DNA of 29,618 nucleotides, taken from assembly GCA_026993485.1 (NCBI GenBank), contig JALWSU010000056.1, positions 1 through 29,618 of the forward strand. The letters are read 5' to 3'. The notes beneath the pieces were generated by a model that was not told the DNA's origin, made no database searches, and saw only the letters and a program-made list of their open reading frames with translations. A program made the translations under genes and the position numbers. Source of the stretch: Thiotrichaceae bacterium (GTDB lineage: Bacteria; Pseudomonadota; Gammaproteobacteria; Beggiatoales; Beggiatoaceae). Positions 8,925 to 17,375 of the stretch are shown piece after piece (position 1 is the first letter of the stretch; every line of letters begins with the position of its first letter).

Positions 8925-9048
8925 ACTCGTTCTCAAGCTCCAGCTTGGGAAACGAAGTAAGCGTAGCTAATGCATTCAGGGACGCTCCGCGTCCCGCGAC
9001 GCAGAGCGTCGCCATAGGCGTTCCCAAGCTGGAGCTTGGGAACGAGTA
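8925..9048. repeat. Large palindrome with a GC-rich double sub-hairpin core between the convergent surface-protein and mfd genes
   Basis: Arms 'tactcgttctcaagctccagcttgggaaacg' (8925-8955) and 'cgttcccaagctggagcttgggaacgagta' (9019-9048). Core 'gggacgc-tccgc-gtccc' plus 'gcgacgc-agagc-gtcgc'. The arm sequence cgttccYaNgctSSagc recurs at 3312, 5164, 5432 (inverted) and 12782. Confidence 0.7.
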
Positions 9049-9060
9049 AAAGCCTTCAAA

Positions 9061-9096
9061 TCAGACCTCCGAGGTTTTGAAAACCTCGGAGGTCTT
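9061..9096 (-). terminator. Hairpin 'agacctccgagg-ttttgaaaa-cctcggaggtct', probable mfd terminator
   Basis: It lies 33 nt past the mfd stop codon. On the minus strand the stem is followed by ttt. The same cctccgagg stem recurs at 24764-24833. Confidence 0.45.
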
Positions 9097-9128
9097 TGAA
9101 ACTCCAACGGAAATTTAACCTATCAGGT

Positions 9129-12100
9129 TTAGCTTAATTTAAGTTGCTCTAACAGCCACTCCAATTTTTCACAACGTTTTGAAAATTCTTCACATTCTTC
9201 TAATAAATGCAATTTACCATCTCTACTTAATTTATATTTATTCGGTTGCATTTGTATCAAATCAATTAGCTTACCCCGATTAAAGTCTGAATTTTCATTA
9301 AATACAATATAACCACCTGCTGAACCAAATTCGATTTTATTTATACCTAGTTCCGTACTTTTTAGTTTAATTTCGGTACTTTTCAGTAAAGCTGTAGCTG
9401 CTGCTGGTAAGAGACCAAAACGATCTATCATTTCTATTTCTAAATCATTCAAAGTTGCTAAATCAGTAGCATTGGCTATGCGTTTGTACATAATTAAGCG
9501 AGTATGTACATCTGTTATATAGTCATTTGGTAGTAAGGCAGTTGTATATAGATTCACTTCAGCACCATGCGAAAGTGATTGATTTAATTCAGGTTGTTCT
9601 CCAGATTCTAAACTTTTTACAGCTTTTTCTAATAATTCAGTATATAAATCATAGCCAATTTCTTGTATATGTCCACTTTGTTCGCCGCCTAAAAGTTCTC
9701 CAGCTCCACGAATTTCTAAATCATGACTAGCTAGAGTGAAACCCATTCCTAGTTCTTCGAGTGAGCCTATAGCATCTATACGTTTTTGAGCATCTTTTGT
9801 CATAGCTTTGCGTGGAGGAACTATTAAGTAAGCGTAGGCGCGATGGTGGGAACGTCCAACTCTGCCTCGAAGTTGATATAATTGCGCTAATCCCAACTTA
9901 TCAGCTCGGTTGATAATGATTGTATTTGCTGTAGGTATATCAATACCCGTTTCAATTATAGTAGTACAAACTAAGACATTAAAGCGACGGTGATAAAAGT
10001 CTTGCATTACAATTTCTAATTCGCGTTCTCGCATTTTGCCATGAGCGATTTGTATGCGTGCTTCAGGGACTAATTCTCCTAATTCTCGCACCATTTTTGG
10101 AATACTTTCAATGTCATTGTGTAGTAAATACACTTGTCCGCCGCGTTTTAATTCTCGTAAAATGGCTTCTTGAACTAAACTGTTTTCCCATTCACTAATA
10201 AAGGTTTTTATCGCTAAACGGCGAGCAGGAGGGGTAGCAATAATTGATAAGTCGCGTAATTTAGAGAGAGCCATATTTAGGGAACGTGGAATTGGAGTGG
10301 CAGTGAGAGTAAGTATATCTATTTCAGCTCGTAACGATTTAAAGCGTTCTTTCTGTTTAACTCCAAAACGGTGTTCTTCATCAATAATAACCAAACCCAA
10401 TTTCTTGAATTTAACATTATTTTGTAGCAATTTATGCGTACCAACCACAATATCAACTGTGCCTGCGGCTATGGCTTTTAAGCTTTCTGCTTGTTGCTTC
10501 TGAGAACGAAACCTTGATAATTGTGCAATTTTTACAGGCCAATCAGCAAAACGATCTTGAAATGTTTGATAATGTTGTTGCGCTAACAATGTAGTTGGAA
10601 CTAGTACTGCTACTTGTTGTCCATCCATTACAGCTATAAAAGCGGCTCGCATAGCAACTTCAGTTTTACCAAAACCAACATCGCCACATATTAATCTATC
10701 CATTGGACGCTCTGAAGACATATCATCAAGTACAGCAGCAATAGCTTTTTGTTGATCTGGAGTTTCCTCAAACGGAAAACTTTGGGCAAAGGCTTCATAA
10801 TCATTTGCCGCGATTTGAAATCTATGCCCCTTTTGTGCAGCTCGTCGAGCATAAATATCTAATAGTTCAGCAGCAACATCACTAGCTTTTTGGGCAGCTT
10901 TAGCTTTAGCTTTTTCCCATTTATCTGAACCTAAACGATGTAATGGCGCATGTTCTGGGTCTATACCAGTAAAACGTCGCACTAAATGCAAGGAATAAAT
11001 TGGTACATAGAGTTTATCTCCTTTAGCATATTCTAATTGTAAAAATTCGGCTTCTATACCACCAACAGTTAATGTTACCAATCCTTGATAACGTCCAACT
11101 CCATGCGTTTCATGAACTACAGGTGCGCCAATAGTTAATTCAGTTAAATCACGAACAATTGCATCAGTTTCCCGTTCAATACTGCGTAATCGGCGTTGAG
11201 CTACTCGTTCCCCAAACAGTTGAGTTTCGCAAATAACCGCAAGATTGTTTTGAGTTTTAGACTCAAATTCTAATACTAATCCTTGTTGCAACGGCGCAAC
11301 GGTGAGACATAATCTAGCTTGATTATCTAAAAAAGCTTGCCAATTTTTTACAAGAGTAGGTTTTAAACCATGTTTATTGAACAAAGTTAATAAACTTTCA
11401 CGTCGTCCAGTAGTTTCAGCCGCTACTAAGACACGTCCTTGAAATTCTTGAATAAATTGTTTGAATGCGCCTAATGGTTCAGAGGCACGAGCATCAACAG
11501 GTAAAGCTGGCGGTTGACGAGTTGCGAACTGAATACCGATAGATTTTTCTTCTTGACTCAAGTTAATATGGCGATAATTATTACATTCGGCAAACACTTG
11601 ATTAGCTTGCAAAAATACTTGCGTAGGAGGCAAAATTGGGCGTAATTGGCGCAATTGTTCATAACGCCGATTAATTTCTTGCCAAAATTGTTCCGCCGTT
11701 TCTAACACACCGTCAAGGGTAAATATAATGCTATTTTTGGGTAAATAATCAAATAAGCTCTGAGTTTGTTCAAAAAATAGCGGCAAATAATATTCAATAC
11801 CTGCTGGAGCTAAACCAGCACTTACATCTTGATAAATTTGAGATTTAATCGACTCCTTAGAAAAGCTGTTTATCCAATTTTTCCGAAAATTATTAATAAA
11901 TTCACTAGTTAAGGGAATTTCCCGCGCCGGGAGTAAACGAATTGAATTATAATCTGTATGTAAGCTACGTTGAGTGTCTAAATCAAAACCTCGAATATTT
12001 GTAATATTATGATTTGATAACTCCAAACGATAGGGTTGCGTCTCGCCCATTGGAAATAAGTCGATTAATTCGCCATGTATTGCAAATTCGCCATGCTCCA

Positions 12101-12575
12101 TTACTTCTGAAACGCCACGATAACCATTTTTACTTAGTAAATTGGCTAGTTCCTCTAAATTTTGAACTTGCCCAGTACTAAGCAATAAACTGTTATTTCT
12201 CACATAATCTGTTGGAGCGAGACGCAACATAAGGGTATTAACAGGTAAAACGAGTAAACCTTGCTCAAGACTTGGTAATTCATATAAGGCATTTAGACGT
12301 TCAGAAATAATATCAGGATGCGGAGAAAACAAATCATAAGGCAAAGTTTCCCAATCAGGAAAAGTTAATAAAGGCAAATCAGAAAAAAAATGAATATCCT
12401 CAATTAATTGCTGTGCAGATAATGAATCAGGGGTTATTACAATTAAAGGCGCGAATTGAGCCGCTTGACTAATAGCTAAACTGACGCTACTACCATATAA
12501 ACAGCTCCAATCTTGGCGTTGCTTGGGTTTACAATTTAGGGGTGGATTTAAGGGATTGGTATAATTTTTAGTCAT
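9129..12575 (-). CDS. mfd: Transcription-repair coupling factor Mfd
   Basis: 1148 aa. UvrB-homology N-terminal region, RNAP-interacting domain, superfamily-2 helicase motifs ('LICGDVGFGKTEVAMRAAF', 'DEEHRFGV', 'LTLTATPIPR', 'QLRGRVGRS') and the TRG motif region. Confidence 0.95.
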   Translation of the reverse strand: MTKNYTNPLNPPLNCKPKQRQDWSCLYGSSVSLAISQAAQFAPLIVITPDSLSAQQLIEDIHFFSDLPLLTFPDWETLPYDLFSPHPDIISERLNALYELPSLEQGLLVLPVNTLMLRLAPTDYVRNNSLLLSTGQVQNLEELANLLSKNGYRGVSEVMEHGEFAIHGELIDLFPMGETQPYRLELSNHNITNIRGFDLDTQRSLHTDYNSIRLLPAREIPLTSEFINNFRKNWINSFSKESIKSQIYQDVSAGLAPAGIEYYLPLFFEQTQSLFDYLPKNSIIFTLDGVLETAEQFWQEINRRYEQLRQLRPILPPTQVFLQANQVFAECNNYRHINLSQEEKSIGIQFATRQPPALPVDARASEPLGAFKQFIQEFQGRVLVAAETTGRRESLLTLFNKHGLKPTLVKNWQAFLDNQARLCLTVAPLQQGLVLEFESKTQNNLAVICETQLFGERVAQRRLRSIERETDAIVRDLTELTIGAPVVHETHGVGRYQGLVTLTVGGIEAEFLQLEYAKGDKLYVPIYSLHLVRRFTGIDPEHAPLHRLGSDKWEKAKAKAAQKASDVAAELLDIYARRAAQKGHRFQIAANDYEAFAQSFPFEETPDQQKAIAAVLDDMSSERPMDRLICGDVGFGKTEVAMRAAFIAVMDGQQVAVLVPTTLLAQQHYQTFQDRFADWPVKIAQLSRFRSQKQQAESLKAIAAGTVDIVVGTHKLLQNNVKFKKLGLVIIDEEHRFGVKQKERFKSLRAEIDILTLTATPIPRSLNMALSKLRDLSIIATPPARRLAIKTFISEWENSLVQEAILRELKRGGQVYLLHNDIESIPKMVRELGELVPEARIQIAHGKMRERELEIVMQDFYHRRFNVLVCTTIIETGIDIPTANTIIINRADKLGLAQLYQLRGRVGRSHHRAYAYLIVPPRKAMTKDAQKRIDAIGSLEELGMGFTLASHDLEIRGAGELLGGEQSGHIQEIGYDLYTELLEKAVKSLESGEQPELNQSLSHGAEVNLYTTALLPNDYITDVHTRLIMYKRIANATDLATLNDLEIEMIDRFGLLPAAATALLKSTEIKLKSTELGINKIEFGSAGGYIVFNENSDFNRGKLIDLIQMQPNKYKLSRDGKLHLLEECEEFSKRCEKLEWLLEQLKLS

Positions 12576-12653
12576 TTTTGGTTATCGAAATTTGGGGTTA
12601 AAAGCAATATTTTTTATAATATAAATATATTGGATAAAAGACAATATGTTCGC

Positions 12654-12739
12654 TATATTGGAGTCCAAAGCTTTAGCTTTAGCTTCGCTTACTTCGTTTG
12701 GGCGACCAGTGCCAAAGCTAAAGCTTTGGACTCCAATAT
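12654..12739. repeat. ~86-nt hairpin with 29-bp arms ('atattggagtccaaagctttagctttagc' / 'gccaaagctaaagctttggactccaatat') in the divergent mfd/methyltransferase intergenic region
   Basis: Near-perfect inverted repeat (one mismatch) with a ~28-nt loop. Confidence 0.7.
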
Positions 12740-12863
12740 GTTAAATAATTCATCGTTCAGTACATACTTATGTATAAGAGAGTGCGCTGGAGCGTGGGAA
12801 CGATAGTGCGTAACATCAGTTAATTTATATATTTATCTTACAGTCTTTCTAGTTTGATTAATA

Positions 12864-13862
12864 ATGAAAGGAAACAATATGTTAATGAGCATAAACCATG
12901 AGCATTCGGCTTATCTACCTAAAGCAGTCTCTAGCTTAGCAAATCCCCAGTCAGATATTCCTCGTATTGCCAAAAATAAAAATTTATTAAAGCAAATAGA
13001 GGCTTCAGTTCAACAGATACCCACAACACATAAGCTATTTCAAGTTGATGCACGTCAACTATCTTTCATTTCTGATAAATCAGTTCATCTGGTAGTGACT
13101 TCTCCTCCCTATTGGACATTAAAAAAATATCGTAACCATGAAAACCAGCTTGGGGACATTGAAGATTATGAACTGTTTCTAAAAGAACTAGATAAGGTAT
13201 GGAAACACTGTTACCGAGTATTAGTTCCTGGTGGAAGATTGGTTTGTGTGGTGGGTGATGTATGCCTATCAAGGCGCAATAACAAAGGAAGGCATACAGT
13301 TGTGCCACTTCATGCGTCCATTCAAGAACATTGTAGAAAAATAGGTTATGATAATCTTTCACCTATCATCTGGTACAAAATAGCTAATGCACAATATGAA
13401 GCTAATGGTAATGGCGCAGGTTTTATGGGAAAACCTTATGAACCCAATGGTATTATCAAAAACGATATTGAATTCATTTTAATGGAACGCAAGCATGGTG
13501 GTTACCGAAAAACCTCGCTTGCAACTCGTATTCTTTCCATCATATCAGATGAAAATCATAAGCAATGGTTTCAATCTATTTGGGCTGGTATAACTGGGGC
13601 TTCTACCCGTAACCATCCAGCACCATACCCAGAAGAACTAGCAGAACGTTTGATTAGAATGTTCTCTTTTGTAGGTGATACGGTTTTAGATCCATTTATG
13701 GGTACGGGTACAACAACGGTTGCCGCTGCCAAATGGGGACGAAATAGCATAGGGATAGAACTTGAACCATACTATTTTAAATTAGCTGAACAACGTATTT
13801 ACAAAGAAACTGGTTCTTTGTTTTCCAATGTTGAAATTAATACAACAATTAAGAAAAAATAA
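12864..13862 (+). CDS. DNA amino-methyltransferase (N4-cytosine or N6-adenine), beta-class, SPPY motif
   Basis: 332 aa. Motif IV 'VVTSPPYW' precedes motif I 'DPFMGTGTT', which is the beta-class order. The ATG at 12879 has the better Shine-Dalgarno (aaagga), so the true start may be there. Confidence 0.8.
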   Translation: MKGNNMLMSINHEHSAYLPKAVSSLANPQSDIPRIAKNKNLLKQIEASVQQIPTTHKLFQVDARQLSFISDKSVHLVVTSPPYWTLKKYRNHENQLGDIEDYELFLKELDKVWKHCYRVLVPGGRLVCVVGDVCLSRRNNKGRHTVVPLHASIQEHCRKIGYDNLSPIIWYKIANAQYEANGNGAGFMGKPYEPNGIIKNDIEFILMERKHGGYRKTSLATRILSIISDENHKQWFQSIWAGITGASTRNHPAPYPEELAERLIRMFSFVGDTVLDPFMGTGTTTVAAAKWGRNSIGIELEPYYFKLAEQRIYKETGSLFSNVEINTTIKKK

Positions 13863-13864
13863 TT

Positions 13865-14581
13865 ATGGATTATTCAGATAAGGTAGCGCAAGCAGTTCAA
13901 CATTTTTGGCAAACCCGACTCAAACAATATAAAAACCAAGGTTCAACTACTGGTATTAGGGACGCAGGTAACAGAAGCGCAGTAACTGGTGGGGCACAAC
14001 TTGATGGTTTTATTCACTTGCTTGCATCGATTCTTGAAGATGCAGGATTGAAAGAGCATTCGATTTATACCAAGAAAACCGTTTTACCTGGATATTTCAG
14101 ACCTACAAAAAATTGGGACTTGGTTGTTGTCGTAGATGGTGAGCTATTGGCAACCTTAAAATCTCATGTTGGACCGTCATTCGGCAACAATTTTAACAAC
14201 CGTGTTGAGGAAGCATTAGGAAGTGCCACCGATATATGGACAGCATACCGTGAAGGGGCATTTAAACCTTCTCAAAAACCTTGGTTGGGATGGTTAATGT
14301 TGTTGGAAGACACCGAAAAGTCACAATCACCTGTACGGGTATCAGAACCACACTTTTTAGTTTTTAAGAAATTTCAAAACGCATCTTATGCCAAACGATA
14401 TGAATTATTTTGTGAACATTTGGTACGCGAACGCTTGTATGATGCAAGCTGCTTGCTGTTATCAGATAGAGAAAATGGTCTAAGTGGTGGATACTCAGAA
14501 CCGAATGCGGAAATTAACTTCAAAAATTTTGCCAGTTCTTTAATGGCACACGCAATTGCCCATGCTAAGATGCGTGAATGA
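13865..14581 (+). CDS. Probable type II restriction endonuclease, cognate to the upstream methyltransferase
   Basis: 238-aa ORF that starts 2 nt after the methyltransferase stop on the same strand. It contains a PD-(D/E)xK-like stretch 'DLVVVVDGELLATLKSH'. The call is by context; the family is not identified. Confidence 0.5.
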   Translation: MDYSDKVAQAVQHFWQTRLKQYKNQGSTTGIRDAGNRSAVTGGAQLDGFIHLLASILEDAGLKEHSIYTKKTVLPGYFRPTKNWDLVVVVDGELLATLKSHVGPSFGNNFNNRVEEALGSATDIWTAYREGAFKPSQKPWLGWLMLLEDTEKSQSPVRVSEPHFLVFKKFQNASYAKRYELFCEHLVRERLYDASCLLLSDRENGLSGGYSEPNAEINFKNFASSLMAHAIAHAKMRE

Positions 14582-14625
14582 TACAACGCAGAACTGCTAA
14601 TTAAAGATTGGGTTGAGAAATTATC

Positions 14626-14650
14626 GGAGTGCAAGGTAACCTTGCACTCC
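14626..14650 (+). terminator. Hairpin 'ggagtgcaagg-taa-ccttgcactcc' after the R-M operon
   Basis: A perfect 11-bp stem 45 nt after the endonuclease stop, followed by a T-rich stretch. It belongs to the same family as 322-348. Confidence 0.45.
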
Positions 14651-14723
14651 TATTAGTCTTAGTCTTTATAAAAAAACTTGATCATCAAGTTTCATAGATA
14701 CCAAAGTTGGTGGAAACATTTGT

Positions 14724-15494
14724 TTATTTTCGTTGATGAGTTTCGCTACGCCATTTCCAAGAATACCCTTCGCCTTCAGCAAAACTTAAATCCAAAATAC
14801 CTATTTCCTTATTAGGTAAACCATTAAAGGCAATCTTTCCGTTTGTTGTTATAACTTCCATTTGTCCATCTATATCAACCACATTGATTAGAATATCAAA
14901 AATGGAGGAAGAGGAAATTAATAAAAAATTGAGTTCTTCTAATGGACTATCTGAAATGGCGATGACAATGTTCTTTTTGTTGGGTTTTAATAGATTGAAT
15001 AAGAAACTAAAATCGTTTGCTCTATATAAATTGTATCTTTTTAACAGTTTATCAATACTTTCAATATAGGTCATATTAACCAGATAAATCATGGTTTCTG
15101 AATTTAATTCAATCATTTTGACTGCCGTTTTATAATCAGTAAATTTTGGAACAATATTGCCATTGAAAATTTTCTCAGCATGGTTCTTAAAAACCGTTGT
15201 TGATAAAGCCATATTTTCCAATATTCCTTGTCTAAGACAAATAATATCTACCTTATCAAGCACTTCTGTTTCTTTTATGAGGGTTTCATCAACCATCGCT
15301 ATCACTACATTCTCAGGATTTTGTTTTTTCCACTTTTCCAGCATTGCGGGTGATGGTAAAGATTGCGAAAAATACAAAATTGAGAAAAGATTAGACTTTT
15401 GAGCCGTCATCGCTTCATCATCAGCAATAACTAAGTTGGTGAAGCAGCTGAAAAAAAGGGAACAAATCAGAATAATGATCGGAATTATTTTCAT
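14724..15494 (-). CDS. Secreted hypothetical protein
   Basis: 256 aa with an N-terminal signal peptide 'MKIIPIIILICSLFFSCFTNLVIA'. No recognised domain. It is the last gene of the minus-strand cluster. Confidence 0.5.
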   Translation of the reverse strand: MKIIPIIILICSLFFSCFTNLVIADDEAMTAQKSNLFSILYFSQSLPSPAMLEKWKKQNPENVVIAMVDETLIKETEVLDKVDIICLRQGILENMALSTTVFKNHAEKIFNGNIVPKFTDYKTAVKMIELNSETMIYLVNMTYIESIDKLLKRYNLYRANDFSFLFNLLKPNKKNIVIAISDSPLEELNFLLISSSSIFDILINVVDIDGQMEVITTNGKIAFNGLPNKEIGILDLSFAEGEGYSWKWRSETHQRK

Positions 15495-15582
15495 ATTGAT
15501 TTTCTGGAAGTTATGAGAATGAACTGGATGAATTTCCCCAAAACAACCGTTTTTTCCGTGATTTGGGGAAAATTATAATTGC

Positions 15583-17364
15583 TTACTCCACTAGAGTAAT
15601 CCTACCCTTAGAACCACAATAAGAAATGTGTTTGTTCGCTCCATAATGTTTTTCGATATAGTTAATCACAATAGGAGTGGGATTAGATTCATATTCACGA
15701 CGGTCTTCTGGCACTTTCTCCAACATCTTATATCCATCGCCACCTGTTGCTACATAACTGTTGGTCACCACTGTGTACATTTGGTCTGGATCAAGAGGCA
15801 TACCGTCAATTTCTACTTGTTGGACTCCAATATTAGGATCCAAGATAAAGCTGATACCAGATACCTGTAAAAAACCACCTTTACCAACTTGGGTTGCATT
15901 ATAATTTAGAACAGTCATTAATTCTTTACCTGTTAATGTCAGTAGATGGGTTCTGTTGGTTGGAAAAGGTAAGACAGCCATGATATCTCCTATTGTCACA
16001 GGACCTTTCACCAGAGATGCTCTGATTCCACCACTGTTATAAATGGCAACATCGGCCCGAAAATGAAATTTTAAAATATCAGTCACAAAATCACCTAAAT
16101 TGGTTTCTTGCTCTCTAATAGTGTGCTTCGTTCCTTCCAAGGAACAATCATTTTGCGCTATGATTTTGCCATATTGTCGTTTCAGTTCGCTTTTCTTCGA
16201 TTGGATATATCTGCTAATGCCAGGATCAGGTGTTACCGTTTCATCAAGTGGTATCAGTTTAGCGTCAAAGCTGCTAAGTTTGCCTTCCCACAAGGTTACT
16301 TCCAGATGTCCTAAATATTGTCCTTCGGCACCTGCCTGCACAATGCAAGTCTTATTATTTTTGTTCTTGACCATCTCACATCCTTCAATAGCAGTGTGAG
16401 AGTCTCCGCCTATGATAATGTCAATACCTTCAACTTCTTTAGCCAGCTTTTTATCATTCTCAAGCCCAAGGTGGTTGACGAATACCACTAAATCAACACC
16501 CTTCTTTTTAAAATAAGACACTATTTCTTTTGCTTTCTTAAATTCGTCTTCAACACTACTATTCTTTAAGAAAATGGGATCCACCTTGGGCATTGCGAGA
16601 GAAAAATCTTGAGAAGCTACCAAACCTGCAACGCCCATTTTAATGCCGTTGACTTTCTTAATCAGCACCTTGCCAACTGGTTTATTTCTGATTTTATAAT
16701 TGGCAGTAACACAAGGGGCTTTGATTAAGCGACGCAGGTTTAGCAAATTATCTTGTCCAAAATCAAGCTCATGATTACCCATGGTATAAAATGATAAGCC
16801 CATCCGATTGAAAACTTCAGCTTCAATAGCCCCTTTAGAGGAGTTTGACAACAAGGAGCCTTGGATAAAATCTCCAGCATTGACGAGATAAGTGGGAATG
16901 TTGTACTGCCTATTTGCAGCTCGCAGTTTTTTTACCATTGTTGCCATTCTGGCAATGCCATTCACTTCATACTTCACTTTTTTCCCGTTAACCTTTTTCT
17001 TTTTTGTCCTTGGTTCCAAAGCACCATGGAAATCGTTGAAATATAAAAAGGCGAATTTTTGAAAAGTAAAAGGTTCCACAGTACCGTTAGCACTAGGTTC
17101 TGTTGGTGAAACACTGCCCGCCATTTGCGGTGGCGCATTGGGAATTACTAGCCGTTGGCCGACTAGTAGTTTATTGGGGTTCTGAAGCTTGTTGGCTTTG
17201 GAAATCTGTGGCCATTTATTGCCGTCACCATATACCTTCTGGGCTATAGTTGACAGCCATTCACCAGGTTTCACCACATAGTAATTATCTGCCCACATTG
17301 GGCTTGTAAACAATACTGTTAGCAAAAACGCAAAAACAGTAGTTATCCAATGACGTTTTCTCAT
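15583..17364 (-). CDS. Periplasmic bifunctional metallophosphoesterase/5'-nucleotidase (UshA/CpdB-like) with an N-terminal LysM domain; copy A
   Basis: 593 aa. Signal peptide 'MRKRHWITTVFAFLLTVLFTSPMWA'. LysM 'YVVKPGEWLSTIAQKVYGDGNKWPQISKANKL...LVGQRLVIP'. Calcineurin-like motifs 'YFNDFHG', 'GNHELDFG' and 'GGDSHT'. C-terminal 5'-nucleotidase domain 'YNSGGIRASL...SGISF'. Confidence 0.8.
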   Translation of the reverse strand: MRKRHWITTVFAFLLTVLFTSPMWADNYYVVKPGEWLSTIAQKVYGDGNKWPQISKANKLQNPNKLLVGQRLVIPNAPPQMAGSVSPTEPSANGTVEPFTFQKFAFLYFNDFHGALEPRTKKKKVNGKKVKYEVNGIARMATMVKKLRAANRQYNIPTYLVNAGDFIQGSLLSNSSKGAIEAEVFNRMGLSFYTMGNHELDFGQDNLLNLRRLIKAPCVTANYKIRNKPVGKVLIKKVNGIKMGVAGLVASQDFSLAMPKVDPIFLKNSSVEDEFKKAKEIVSYFKKKGVDLVVFVNHLGLENDKKLAKEVEGIDIIIGGDSHTAIEGCEMVKNKNNKTCIVQAGAEGQYLGHLEVTLWEGKLSSFDAKLIPLDETVTPDPGISRYIQSKKSELKRQYGKIIAQNDCSLEGTKHTIREQETNLGDFVTDILKFHFRADVAIYNSGGIRASLVKGPVTIGDIMAVLPFPTNRTHLLTLTGKELMTVLNYNATQVGKGGFLQVSGISFILDPNIGVQQVEIDGMPLDPDQMYTVVTNSYVATGGDGYKMLEKVPEDRREYESNPTPIVINYIEKHYGANKHISYCGSKGRITLVE

Positions 17365-17375
17365 ATAGTTACCTT

